Shown in pieces: positions 44,105-51,956 of a stretch of DNA of 64,000 bases. The notes beneath the pieces were generated by a model that worked only from the letters and a program-made list of their open reading frames with translations, did not search any database and had not been told where the DNA came from. The stretch covers positions 66-64,065 of the forward strand of contig CAUUFA010000001.1 of assembly GCA_963544395.1 (NCBI GenBank), in the 5' to 3' direction. The stretch is from an uncultured Bacilli bacterium. GTDB lineage: Bacteria; Bacillota_I; Bacilli_A; RFN20; CAG-288. Position numbers and translations under genes: made by a program. Numbering within the stretch: position 1 is the first letter of the stretch; each line of letters opens with the position of its first letter.

Positions 44105-45928
44105 ATGGACGACATTTACTTCAGGAAAGTCATCGCCCGCGGAATTGGCAAGAGGGAATCATCCGTGGAGCTCTCGCGTGGGCTCAATATAATCTGCGGT
44201 CCGTCAAATACTGGGAAAACCCTGATATTCAAGGTGTTCAAGCAGGTATTCGGTGCGGAAAACAAAAAAGGGCTAAAAAACGACGATGAGCCATTTATCA
44301 TCGAGAATGATACGGGATACACCGACTTTTCGCTCGTGATATCAAAAAACGGCGACGATGTCATGCTTACGAGGAAAATCGATTCGGACATAATAAGCGT
44401 CGAAAGCAATAGCCCTTATGTGGAGTCTGGCGATTACGCATATACGACCAAGAGGGGTTACAAGCTCATCAACGAAGCTCTTTTGCAGATTTTCAATGTC
44501 GAGCCGTTCAAGCTCCCGTCCAAAAAGGACGGTACGCCCACCTCTTTCTCATTGAAATTCCTCGACTACCTATTTTTGGCCGACGAAGAGCGAATCGACA
44601 AAGGCAGCCAAATCCTGCTGTTCCACAGTCAGAAATACGACTCGACGACACAATCGCAGGCCAACCTGCTTTACCTGCTTTACGATCTGGATTTTTCGCG
44701 TTTCCTGAAAAACGAGGACACGGAAAAGGCCACGATTAGAAGAGGCGCGGTCAGAAAATACATAAACGCCAGGATCGAAAGCAATCAGAAGGAGATCTCC
44801 TCGCTCGAAAAGAAATTAAAGGAACTACCGATGGTAGAGAGCGACTCGAACGTACTTCAAAGCGAGCTTGACAAAATTAGGGAGAAGATTGATGGCAAGT
44901 ATAAAGAGAGCTCTGATTTGGAAGGCTCTATAAGAGAGCTGAGCGAAAAGATGGAGTCAGACGGAATGCTGATTGAGAGGCTTGAGAGCCTTTCGTCCCA
45001 ATACACGTCGGATTTGGAAAGGCTGAATTTCATCATCTCCGGAAAGGACGACTTGGACTCCAACGAAGAAGAGCACGAATGCCCATATTGCCATAGCCGA
45101 ATCCGCGAGGAAAAAGGTCAAGTCAGCATAGAAGAATTCAAAAACGAGGCTAAATCGGCTCTCAATAATCTCAACGACGTTTCAGAAACCCTTTCCGACC
45201 TATTGAAAGAGAACAAGGAAGACGAAAAGAAGCATAAGGCGTATCAGGAAAAGCTTTCGGAGGTCGGGCTAGACATCGGCAAACTGTCGAAAGAAAGAGA
45301 AAATCTCGAAAGCACATTGAGGCGATTCGATGAGCTTATCGAGTGTCAAAAGCGCATCAAATACCTGCAAAATGACAACGAAAACCTGGAAAAAGATTTA
45401 TTCGAAATATCAGGGCAAGTCAAAGTCAAAAGGGAGGAATTTAAACCGAGTGAGCTTTTCCAAGCATCCTTTTTCCAGGCAATGACCACAAACATCAGGG
45501 GAATCATGGGCTATTGCGGCGACCAAAGATACATCTCAACCGAGTTCGACAGGGCGAGCTTCGACATTTCAGTTCGTGGTCAAAGCAAATCGGCGAACAA
45601 CGGGAAGGGATACAGATCCTTCCTCAATTCCGTGACCCTCCTGTCGTTTAGGAAATTTCTTGATGAAAAAGGAAAGCACAGACTGCCCGTTTACGTCTTG
45701 GACTCCCCACTGAAGAACCTTGACGTTGGTGTGCTCGACAGGGACAACATAAAGGACAGGTTCTTCAGATACCTCACGGAAGCCTCAAGGCTTGGGCAGC
45801 TAATAATCATCGAAAACACGAACAACTTCACCATGACAGATGAATTGAGGCAAAATGCCAACGTCATAGAATTCACTCACGGTGCGAAGGAAGGCCGTTA
45901 TGGATTCTTGCTGGATCATCATGATTGA
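44105..45928 (+). CDS. Rad50/SMC-like ABC ATPase with coiled-coil insertion and central CxxC (LmuB-like)
   Basis: 607 aa with an AAGGAGGGG RBS. Walker A GPSNTGKT (aa 32-39), a ~220-aa heptad-rich insertion, CPYC at aa 326-329, and a C-terminal GKGYRSFLN...LPVYVLDSPLKNLD (signature-like plus Walker B/D-loop). Confidence 0.8.
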   Translation: MDDIYFRKVIARGIGKRESSVELSRGLNIICGPSNTGKTLIFKVFKQVFGAENKKGLKNDDEPFIIENDTGYTDFSLVISKNGDDVMLTRKIDSDIISVESNSPYVESGDYAYTTKRGYKLINEALLQIFNVEPFKLPSKKDGTPTSFSLKFLDYLFLADEERIDKGSQILLFHSQKYDSTTQSQANLLYLLYDLDFSRFLKNEDTEKATIRRGAVRKYINARIESNQKEISSLEKKLKELPMVESDSNVLQSELDKIREKIDGKYKESSDLEGSIRELSEKMESDGMLIERLESLSSQYTSDLERLNFIISGKDDLDSNEEEHECPYCHSRIREEKGQVSIEEFKNEAKSALNNLNDVSETLSDLLKENKEDEKKHKAYQEKLSEVGLDIGKLSKERENLESTLRRFDELIECQKRIKYLQNDNENLEKDLFEISGQVKVKREEFKPSELFQASFFQAMTTNIRGIMGYCGDQRYISTEFDRASFDISVRGQSKSANNGKGYRSFLNSVTLLSFRKFLDEKGKHRLPVYVLDSPLKNLDVGVLDRDNIKDRFFRYLTEASRLGQLIIIENTNNFTMTDELRQNANVIEFTHGAKEGRYGFLLDHHD

Positions 45929-45989
45929 ACTTAATTTATTATGTGGAGTTTAGCATACCTAAATGATAAAATAATGAAGGGTGCTAATA

Positions 45990-46289
45990 ATGCTTCAACA
46001 GATATTTGGAAACAAAGTCAGGGAATCGAGAATCCAGCAGGGTTTGTCGCAAGACGAATTGGCTCTTTGCTGTGGAATGGATCGCCCTCAGATTACCAAA
46101 ATCGAACAAGGAAAGGTCAATGTCACGCTTGAAACGATAGAAAGACTTAGCCAGGCTCTAAAAACCAAGACGTCATTGCTTCTGGATGAGAATCTTTCCC
46201 TGCATCCGTTTGTTAAATGGGCTGGAGGGAAGACTCAGCTTTTGGATAGGCTTCATGCCTATATGCCTAACGAATTCAACAATTATTTA
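45990..46289 (+). pseudogene. XRE-HTH::Dam-type (D12 class) adenine methyltransferase, truncated by IS insertion
   Basis: XRE HTH (RIQQGLSQDELALCCGMDRPQITKIEQGKVNVTLETIERLSQAL), then HPFVKWAGGKTQLLDRLHAYMP (the Dam N-terminal KWAGGK motif). The reading frame runs into the IS left end at 46290 after ~30 aa of the MTase domain. Confidence 0.7.
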
Positions 46290-48160
46290 AACCTAAACTT
46301 TTCATGGTTTATACTACCATCTAGATGAAAATGCCGTTTCCTGCTTCGGAGGCGGCTTTTTTGATGGTTTTCTTCTCTTTTTTTGCTTAGAAATCCATTC
46401 CGGTTTTCTTTCGGTGGCGGTATAATACTACCATATAAGGAGGAAGGCCATGGTACACACGAACATCGAGGTTGAAACGCCCAAGCACATCAGGATCCGA
46501 AAGCAGAACGGCAACAGATACGTCTATCTCGTCACCGGCAGAAAAGGCGACAGCAAGGGAAACGAGAAAGACGTCACGGTCCTCATCGGCCGCGAAAGCC
46601 GAAAGGGATTCATGAATCCGAACGACAAATATTTCAGGATGTTCCCTGACAGCGGGACGATGTCCGACGTGCTTGAGCCCTCTTCCTTCGACACCCAGTC
46701 AAGGATCGGTTCCGTCGCAGCCATATACGGAGTGGCGGAGAAGACCGGACTGAAGTCCTGCCTCGACCTCGCCTTCGGAAAGGACGCTCCGCTGATTCTT
46801 TCGCTCGCATCGTATTATCTCATCGCCCGCGATTCGGCGGCTATGCTGTATTCGGATTTCATGTTCGACCATTACGGAAAGGCCGATACGATCGCATCGG
46901 AGGCAACGATCAGCAGACTCTTCAATGTCTCGATGTCAAGGGACAAGGTCGACTCGTTCCGTTCCGCGTTCCTGAAGCACTGCTTCACCAATTCGGACAA
47001 GACGAAGAAAAGGGTATACGTGGACATCGATTCCACCAATTTCAACGTCTCCTCCGCGGGCTGCGACTCCGCCGAATACGGAAAGGCAAAGGACGACGAG
47101 GGCCTTCCGCAGATCAACATGGCTTACTTTCACGACCGCCAGAGCGGAATGCCGATATTCTACGATTCCTTCTATGGCTCGATCACTGATCTGAGCCACT
47201 GCATAACCGGAATCAAGTCGTTCTTCGACAACCTGAACATAAGCAAAAAGAATGTCGGGTACGATTTCATACTAGACAGAGGATACTTCAGCGAGACAAA
47301 CATGGGATATCTCAGTGACAGCGGAGTCTCCTTTGCCGTAATGGGCAAGACATGCGAAATGTACAGGAACCACCTGGATGCGAACCGCGACCTCATCAGA
47401 AGCTCCGCAAGCCTGATTTCGATGGGACTGTACGGAACAAGAGTCCAGGGGAAGGCCTTCAAAGGCGCGAATGCCGACGACTACTATATCTATCTCTATT
47501 TCGATTCCACGAAGGAAGCCGAGGAAAAATGCGGGATAGAGGCAAAGCTCATCGATGCCAAGAAGGCCCTCGAAGGAAAGAAAAAGGACGGGAACGGAAG
47601 CCTGAGAAGGACGTACGGAAAATACCTCTGCATCGAGACGAAGGGGAAGGAGGAAACAATCAGGAAGGTCACGGTCAACAGCGGCAGCGACGATTCGATG
47701 CTGAAGGACGCAGGCTATTTCTGGATTGTGTCCACGATGAAGATGGAGCCTGAGGAGATGCTTAGGGCATACAGGGAAAGGGACGAGATCGAGAAATGCT
47801 TCCGCATCGTGAAGAGCGAAAGCGACCTGAATAAGACGTATGCGCAGAACGACAACGCGCTGTACGCCAAGCTCCTCATGGGCTTCATCACGTCAGTGAT
47901 CAAAGCGGAGTTCACCTTCCAGACGGGGGAACTTTCCCACAGAAAAGGCAACCTGAGCGTCCAGAAGATGCTCATGGCACTCGACAAGATCATCATGTAT
48001 AAGGTAAGCGGACACTATTCCATGAAGTACGCATATACTGCCCTACAGCAGGAAATCCTCAACGCTCTTTCGATCGAGAGTTCATCCATCGAAGCCATCG
48101 TCACCGACTGGAACTCCCGGCTTAAAAAGTGATGGTAGTATAAAACGTGAAAAGTTTAGG
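46290..48160 (+). mobile_element. IS element copy 2 (identical to 27489-29359), same orientation
   Basis: Same 1871-bp sequence and the same IRs (46292-46320 and 48132-48160). Confidence 0.9.
46450..48132 (+). CDS. DDE transposase (IS1634/IS4 family), copy 2
   Basis: The 560-aa translation is identical to 27649-29331. Confidence 0.88.
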   Translation: MVHTNIEVETPKHIRIRKQNGNRYVYLVTGRKGDSKGNEKDVTVLIGRESRKGFMNPNDKYFRMFPDSGTMSDVLEPSSFDTQSRIGSVAAIYGVAEKTGLKSCLDLAFGKDAPLILSLASYYLIARDSAAMLYSDFMFDHYGKADTIASEATISRLFNVSMSRDKVDSFRSAFLKHCFTNSDKTKKRVYVDIDSTNFNVSSAGCDSAEYGKAKDDEGLPQINMAYFHDRQSGMPIFYDSFYGSITDLSHCITGIKSFFDNLNISKKNVGYDFILDRGYFSETNMGYLSDSGVSFAVMGKTCEMYRNHLDANRDLIRSSASLISMGLYGTRVQGKAFKGANADDYYIYLYFDSTKEAEEKCGIEAKLIDAKKALEGKKKDGNGSLRRTYGKYLCIETKGKEETIRKVTVNSGSDDSMLKDAGYFWIVSTMKMEPEEMLRAYRERDEIEKCFRIVKSESDLNKTYAQNDNALYAKLLMGFITSVIKAEFTFQTGELSHRKGNLSVQKMLMALDKIIMYKVSGHYSMKYAYTALQQEILNALSIESSSIEAIVTDWNSRLKK

Positions 48161-48703
48161 ATGGAAAAAGAAAAACAACACCAGCTGACCGATCAGAAAA
48201 TCAAAAAGGCAGCAAAGCTGCTGTTTTCGAAAAAGAATCCTCAGAACATCACAGTCGAGGAGGTATGCGCTCTCGCCGGAGTGAAGAGAATCACCTTCTA
48301 TCATCATTTCCACTCCAAAGATGAATTCCTCCTTCGCTCAATTCAGGAAATTCTGGAAACTGAGGGAAAATCATCTTTTCCTGAAATTTTGGATTATGCC
48401 CTTGGTTATATCGATAAAAACTATCCGATGTTCGTTCATCTGAACCAAGGCGGTTTTCTTCATCTTTGTACAGCAAGGCTGGAGAACGCTCTTGCGGAGA
48501 GCCTGATCAGCAGCGGTTTTTCCGAAGCAGAGATTTCCTTCCTCTGTTTTGGCAGCGTAGGCATCATCGAAAAATTCATTGCGCTTGAAGATCAAAAGAG
48601 AATGAAAACATCCTTTCATCGGCTGCGGGAAATACTAAGCAAGGACAATATCGTTGCTTCTTTTCATAATATGGTAAAGCAGGACGATGAGCGTCATTTC
48701 TAA
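48161..48703 (+). CDS. TetR/AcrR family regulator
   Basis: TetR HTH: KIKKAAKLLFSKKNPQNITVEEVCALAGVKRITFYHHFHSKDEFL. The ATG is the first base after the IS right IR. Confidence 0.8.
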   Translation: MEKEKQHQLTDQKIKKAAKLLFSKKNPQNITVEEVCALAGVKRITFYHHFHSKDEFLLRSIQEILETEGKSSFPEILDYALGYIDKNYPMFVHLNQGGFLHLCTARLENALAESLISSGFSEAEISFLCFGSVGIIEKFIALEDQKRMKTSFHRLREILSKDNIVASFHNMVKQDDERHF

Positions 48704-48786
48704 GATCTCTTATCTCAAACATGCGGTGAGCATATTTCCCCTCTTTGTTTTTTGGTAGTCTATAATAGAGTTGTTTTGAAAGGAGA

Positions 48787-49287
48787 ATGATTATGGCTGA
48801 AATTTCCAAAACATTAGCAGAGATGATCAACAAGCAGATCAACGCAGAGTTCGAGAGCGCTTATCTCTATCTGGGCATGTCCAATTACTATATTGGAAGA
48901 GGCTTCATCGGTCTTGGTTCCTGGTTTGCTACCCAGGCAAAAGAAGAGAATGAGCACGCCGAGAAGTTCATCGCCTATCTCAATCAGGAAGGACATAAAG
49001 TCATCCTTTCTGACATCAAGGCGCCGAAAGAAGAGTATGGTGATTTACGGGAGCCGCTCGTCAAACAGCTCGCTCATGAGCAGGGTGTCACCGCCTTGAT
49101 CTACGCCTTGGTCAATCAGGCTGAGAAGGATAAGGACTATCGTTCCTTAAGCTTCCTCAAGTGGTATGTCGATGAGCAGACAGAGGAAGAGGCTCACTCC
49201 CGTGATCTTATCCTTCAGTATGACTTCATGAAAGATGATGTCGCTGCCCTTCTTAGGTGGGACAAGGCTCTTGGCAAGAGAGACTGA
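48787..49287 (+). CDS. ftn: Non-haem ferritin
   Basis: Ferroxidase-centre pattern: INAEFESAYLYLGMSNYY...EENEHAEKFIAYL...LAHEQGVTALI...YVDEQTEEE. AAAGGAG RBS. Confidence 0.9.
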   Translation: MIMAEISKTLAEMINKQINAEFESAYLYLGMSNYYIGRGFIGLGSWFATQAKEENEHAEKFIAYLNQEGHKVILSDIKAPKEEYGDLREPLVKQLAHEQGVTALIYALVNQAEKDKDYRSLSFLKWYVDEQTEEEAHSRDLILQYDFMKDDVAALLRWDKALGKRD

Positions 49288-49316
49288 TCCTCCTTCATCC
49301 GTCAGCATCCAAATCC

Positions 49317-49390
49317 AGCCCCGGTGTCAGGATATCGCAGAAAGAAATTTCCTTGCGAATCGCTCCTGACAGCGGGGCTTTTCTTGTTTT
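49317..49390 (+). terminator. Terminator-like long hairpin after ferritin
   Basis: 16-nt arms AGCCCCGGTGTCAGGA/TCCTGACAGCGGGGCT with one mismatch, followed by a T-rich run. Confidence 0.5.
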
Positions 49391-49498
49391 CGTCCGGTCG
49401 AAAACACATTGTCAGTTCACCCATTTCCTTCTCTCATTGTGAACACGTTCATAACCCTTTCCCCAAAACCGTTTTTGTTGTATACTTGTTCCGTCATT

Positions 49499-50032
49499 AT
49501 GCCAAAGATATTAGATAACCCACAGAAACGCATCTTAGATGCGACCCGAGAAGAGATCTACCGTGAAGGTTTAGAGGACTTCAAGATGAGAGATGTCGCC
49601 AAGCGCTCCGGCATCGGAGTCGGCACCATCTATCACTATTATCCAGACAAGCTGGCGCTCATCGCCTCCGTCGTCGTGGAAGATTGGATGAAAGAAGTCG
49701 AGTTCATCCAAACCAAGATCGAAATCTCCTTCTCTTTCGAGGAAGCGATCAAGCATCTCTATGATGGCATTCAGGACTTCCGCTCCAAAGAGCAGAACAT
49801 CTTCCAGCAGATCCGCTCCTCTGAGTTTTCCATTTATTATTTTAAGAACAGAAGTCTCTTCCTCGAGCAGGTTCAGAACATCATCAAACAGGCTATGGAT
49901 AAATTCCATTACACCTGCGATGAGGAAACTTCCTTCCTGATGGCAACCTGTGTCGTCGAATCCATCCGCAGCCGAGCGCTCTCCTTCGATACCCTCATCC
50001 ATTCGATCTGCAAGCTGATTACGATCAAGTAA
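49499..50032 (+). CDS. TetR/AcrR family regulator
   Basis: The start was set at MPKILDN. HTH: RILDATREEIYREGLEDFKMRDVAKRSGIGVGTIYHYYPDKLAL. Confidence 0.8.
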   Translation: MPKILDNPQKRILDATREEIYREGLEDFKMRDVAKRSGIGVGTIYHYYPDKLALIASVVVEDWMKEVEFIQTKIEISFSFEEAIKHLYDGIQDFRSKEQNIFQQIRSSEFSIYYFKNRSLFLEQVQNIIKQAMDKFHYTCDEETSFLMATCVVESIRSRALSFDTLIHSICKLITIK

Positions 50033-50065
50033 AAAACAGGAAATAGATAGTTTTTATCGTTCAAA

Positions 50066-50098
50066 AAAGGATGCCGCGGACTGTTCCCGGCATCCTTT
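50066..50098. terminator. Bidirectional terminator
   Basis: Stem AAAGGATGCCG/CGGCATCCTTT, flanked by A-rich and T-rich runs, between convergent genes. Confidence 0.6.
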
Positions 50099-50120
50099 AT
50101 TTTCTTACTGCTAAGCAGGA

Positions 50121-50702
50121 TTATTTTGCCAGCGCTGCGTTGATGGCTCGGTTTTCCTTAGAGACTGGATTGAGGACGAACTTGATGTCAAAATCATCAC
50201 AGATTTCGCGCAAGGTGCTTTCGCTCTTGTGGGCAGAGTCAGAGTCGCACTCCAGCTCGTAATCCGTCTTATCGCCATAAACGTTTTTCGACATATCCAA
50301 AGTCGTTCCACGATATTCGACCATGCGGCGATGCGAGGTCAGCGTGGCGAGGACTTTGAGCTTCTGAGGGTCGATATGAAGCGTATCCAGGAAATCTGAG
50401 ATATCGCCTCTAGGGAAAACGTTGTGATTGATCAAGGAATCCCGTTCCTTGTCATTCAGTGACTGGTTTTTCTCTAACAGGCCCTCACTGAGCGGAGCCT
50501 TCATCGTGAGCCTGGTCACGCCATCGACCACGCGGACACGGCAGATCATGTCGTATTTCTTGAGCAGACGATCATCCGAATCCAGATAGTAATTGGTCTG
50601 AACAATCTCCTTCTCCGGGAAATTCAGCTTCTTGGTGATCTTCTCTGCTTCAGATTTGGAAAGAAGAACTTTCGATTCAATTTCAATGTTGTTACTGGAC
50701 AT
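50121..50702 (-). CDS. CYTH domain protein (triphosphatase/CyaB-like)
   Basis: The N-terminal IEIESKVLL is the ExExK motif of the CYTH fold. 193 aa from MSSNN. Confidence 0.75.
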   Translation of the reverse strand: MSSNNIEIESKVLLSKSEAEKITKKLNFPEKEIVQTNYYLDSDDRLLKKYDMICRVRVVDGVTRLTMKAPLSEGLLEKNQSLNDKERDSLINHNVFPRGDISDFLDTLHIDPQKLKVLATLTSHRRMVEYRGTTLDMSKNVYGDKTDYELECDSDSAHKSESTLREICDDFDIKFVLNPVSKENRAINAALAK

Positions 50703-50771
50703 ATTTAGAGCCCTCTGACTTTGTGTATTATGATACAATAATCACGCGAAAATAGAAAGAGACAAGAGCCT

Positions 50772-51548
50772 ATGGAACCAACAGAATTCGTTATATACTC
50801 CAAAAAAAGAGAAAATAACGAATCACTAATTTGTGGAATCCGAAGCAAATTAGAGCAGAACGGTTTCCGTTACAACGAACAGAAACCGGATCTGATCCTG
50901 GTTTTCGGTGGCGATGGCTCTTTGATGAGGGCAGTCCACGAATATAAAGGAAGAGGGCGTTATCTTCTCCTCAACACGGGGCATCTCGGATTCTATTCCG
51001 ATTTCCACGCTGAAGAGAGCCAAGCCTTCATCCAAGCTCTGCTCCATCAGGAACCGAAAGAAGAGTTCCTACCCTCCTACACTTTCACGATCGATGGTGA
51101 GTCACATCACTTCACCAACGATGTCGCACTTCAGTCCGGAGAGACTTGCTTTATGAAGATTTATGTCAACGATGAGCTTCTCACCGAGAGCAGAAACAAC
51201 GGCATCGTCATCTCGACGCCCATCGGAACAACCGGGTATCTGACAAGCTTAGGATCACCCGTTGTCATCGGTTCACCTGACATCTACCAGTATGCGCTCC
51301 TCGCTCCCTGCTACAACCGCATGTTTCCGAATCCGATCACCAAAGGGATACTCACCGGAAAAGACGTTCTTCGCATCGAGATCAAAGAAGACACTGTTGA
51401 TATCTATGTCGATGGAGGAAAGAAAAAAGAAGCCCGAAACGGAATCTTCACCTTCCGCCACAACAGAACCGACGGAATCACCTTGCTTCATCTTCGTGAT
51501 ACCTCTTATGTCAGCCGCTTACGGAAGAATATTTCAGGAAAGGATTGA
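50772..51548 (+). CDS. nadK: NAD kinase
   Basis: Contains DLILVFGGDGSLMRAVH (GGDG motif), NDVALQSG and the TGYLTSLGSP motif. Confidence 0.9.
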   Translation: MEPTEFVIYSKKRENNESLICGIRSKLEQNGFRYNEQKPDLILVFGGDGSLMRAVHEYKGRGRYLLLNTGHLGFYSDFHAEESQAFIQALLHQEPKEEFLPSYTFTIDGESHHFTNDVALQSGETCFMKIYVNDELLTESRNNGIVISTPIGTTGYLTSLGSPVVIGSPDIYQYALLAPCYNRMFPNPITKGILTGKDVLRIEIKEDTVDIYVDGGKKKEARNGIFTFRHNRTDGITLLHLRDTSYVSRLRKNISGKD

Positions 51549-51551
51549 CCT

Positions 51552-51956
51552 ATGAACGATACTGTCATCAGCACCAGAATACCCACAGTCTGGATCATCG
51601 TCATCGCTCTTGTTGCTGCCCTTGTTCTCCTTGCTCTTCTCTGTTTTATCATCATAAAGATTCATCGTCGTAAGCAGATAGAAGCGTCCGAGAATGCCGC
51701 AGCAGAAAAAGTGAAAAGCGCTGCTTCCCACCTTTCCTCTCTCTTCGGAGGTAACGAAAATATTGTTCAGATTGCCTCTAAAGGATCCCGTGTGACGGTG
51801 ACCGTCAAAGATCCTTCAGCCGTTGAAAAGAAAGAAATCGATAAAACCTTAGATTCCGTCATGTATATGGGAAACAAAGTCGTCTTCATCATCGGAGAGA
51901 AGTCAGAAGAGTTCCAAAAGCTGCTATCTGAAAATGTTGATAAGCAAAAGAAGTAG
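51552..51956 (+). CDS. Membrane-anchored PTS-EIIB(Glc)-like domain protein lacking the phospho-Cys
   Basis: N-terminal TM (VWIIVIALVAALVLLALLCFIII). It also carries LSSLFGGNENIVQIASKGSRVTVTVKD, which parallels the EIIB pattern GG.eNI......CaTRLR..v.D with Cys replaced by Ser. Confidence 0.55.
   Translation: MNDTVISTRIPTVWIIVIALVAALVLLALLCFIIIKIHRRKQIEASENAAAEKVKSAASHLSSLFGGNENIVQIASKGSRVTVTVKDPSAVEKKEIDKTLDSVMYMGNKVVFIIGEKSEEFQKLLSENVDKQKK

Noticed and set aside
20217-48160. Intact prophage
   Set aside because: Two holin modules and a serine recombinase are present. However, there are no capsid, portal, terminase, tail or endolysin genes, so this is not a complete prophage.
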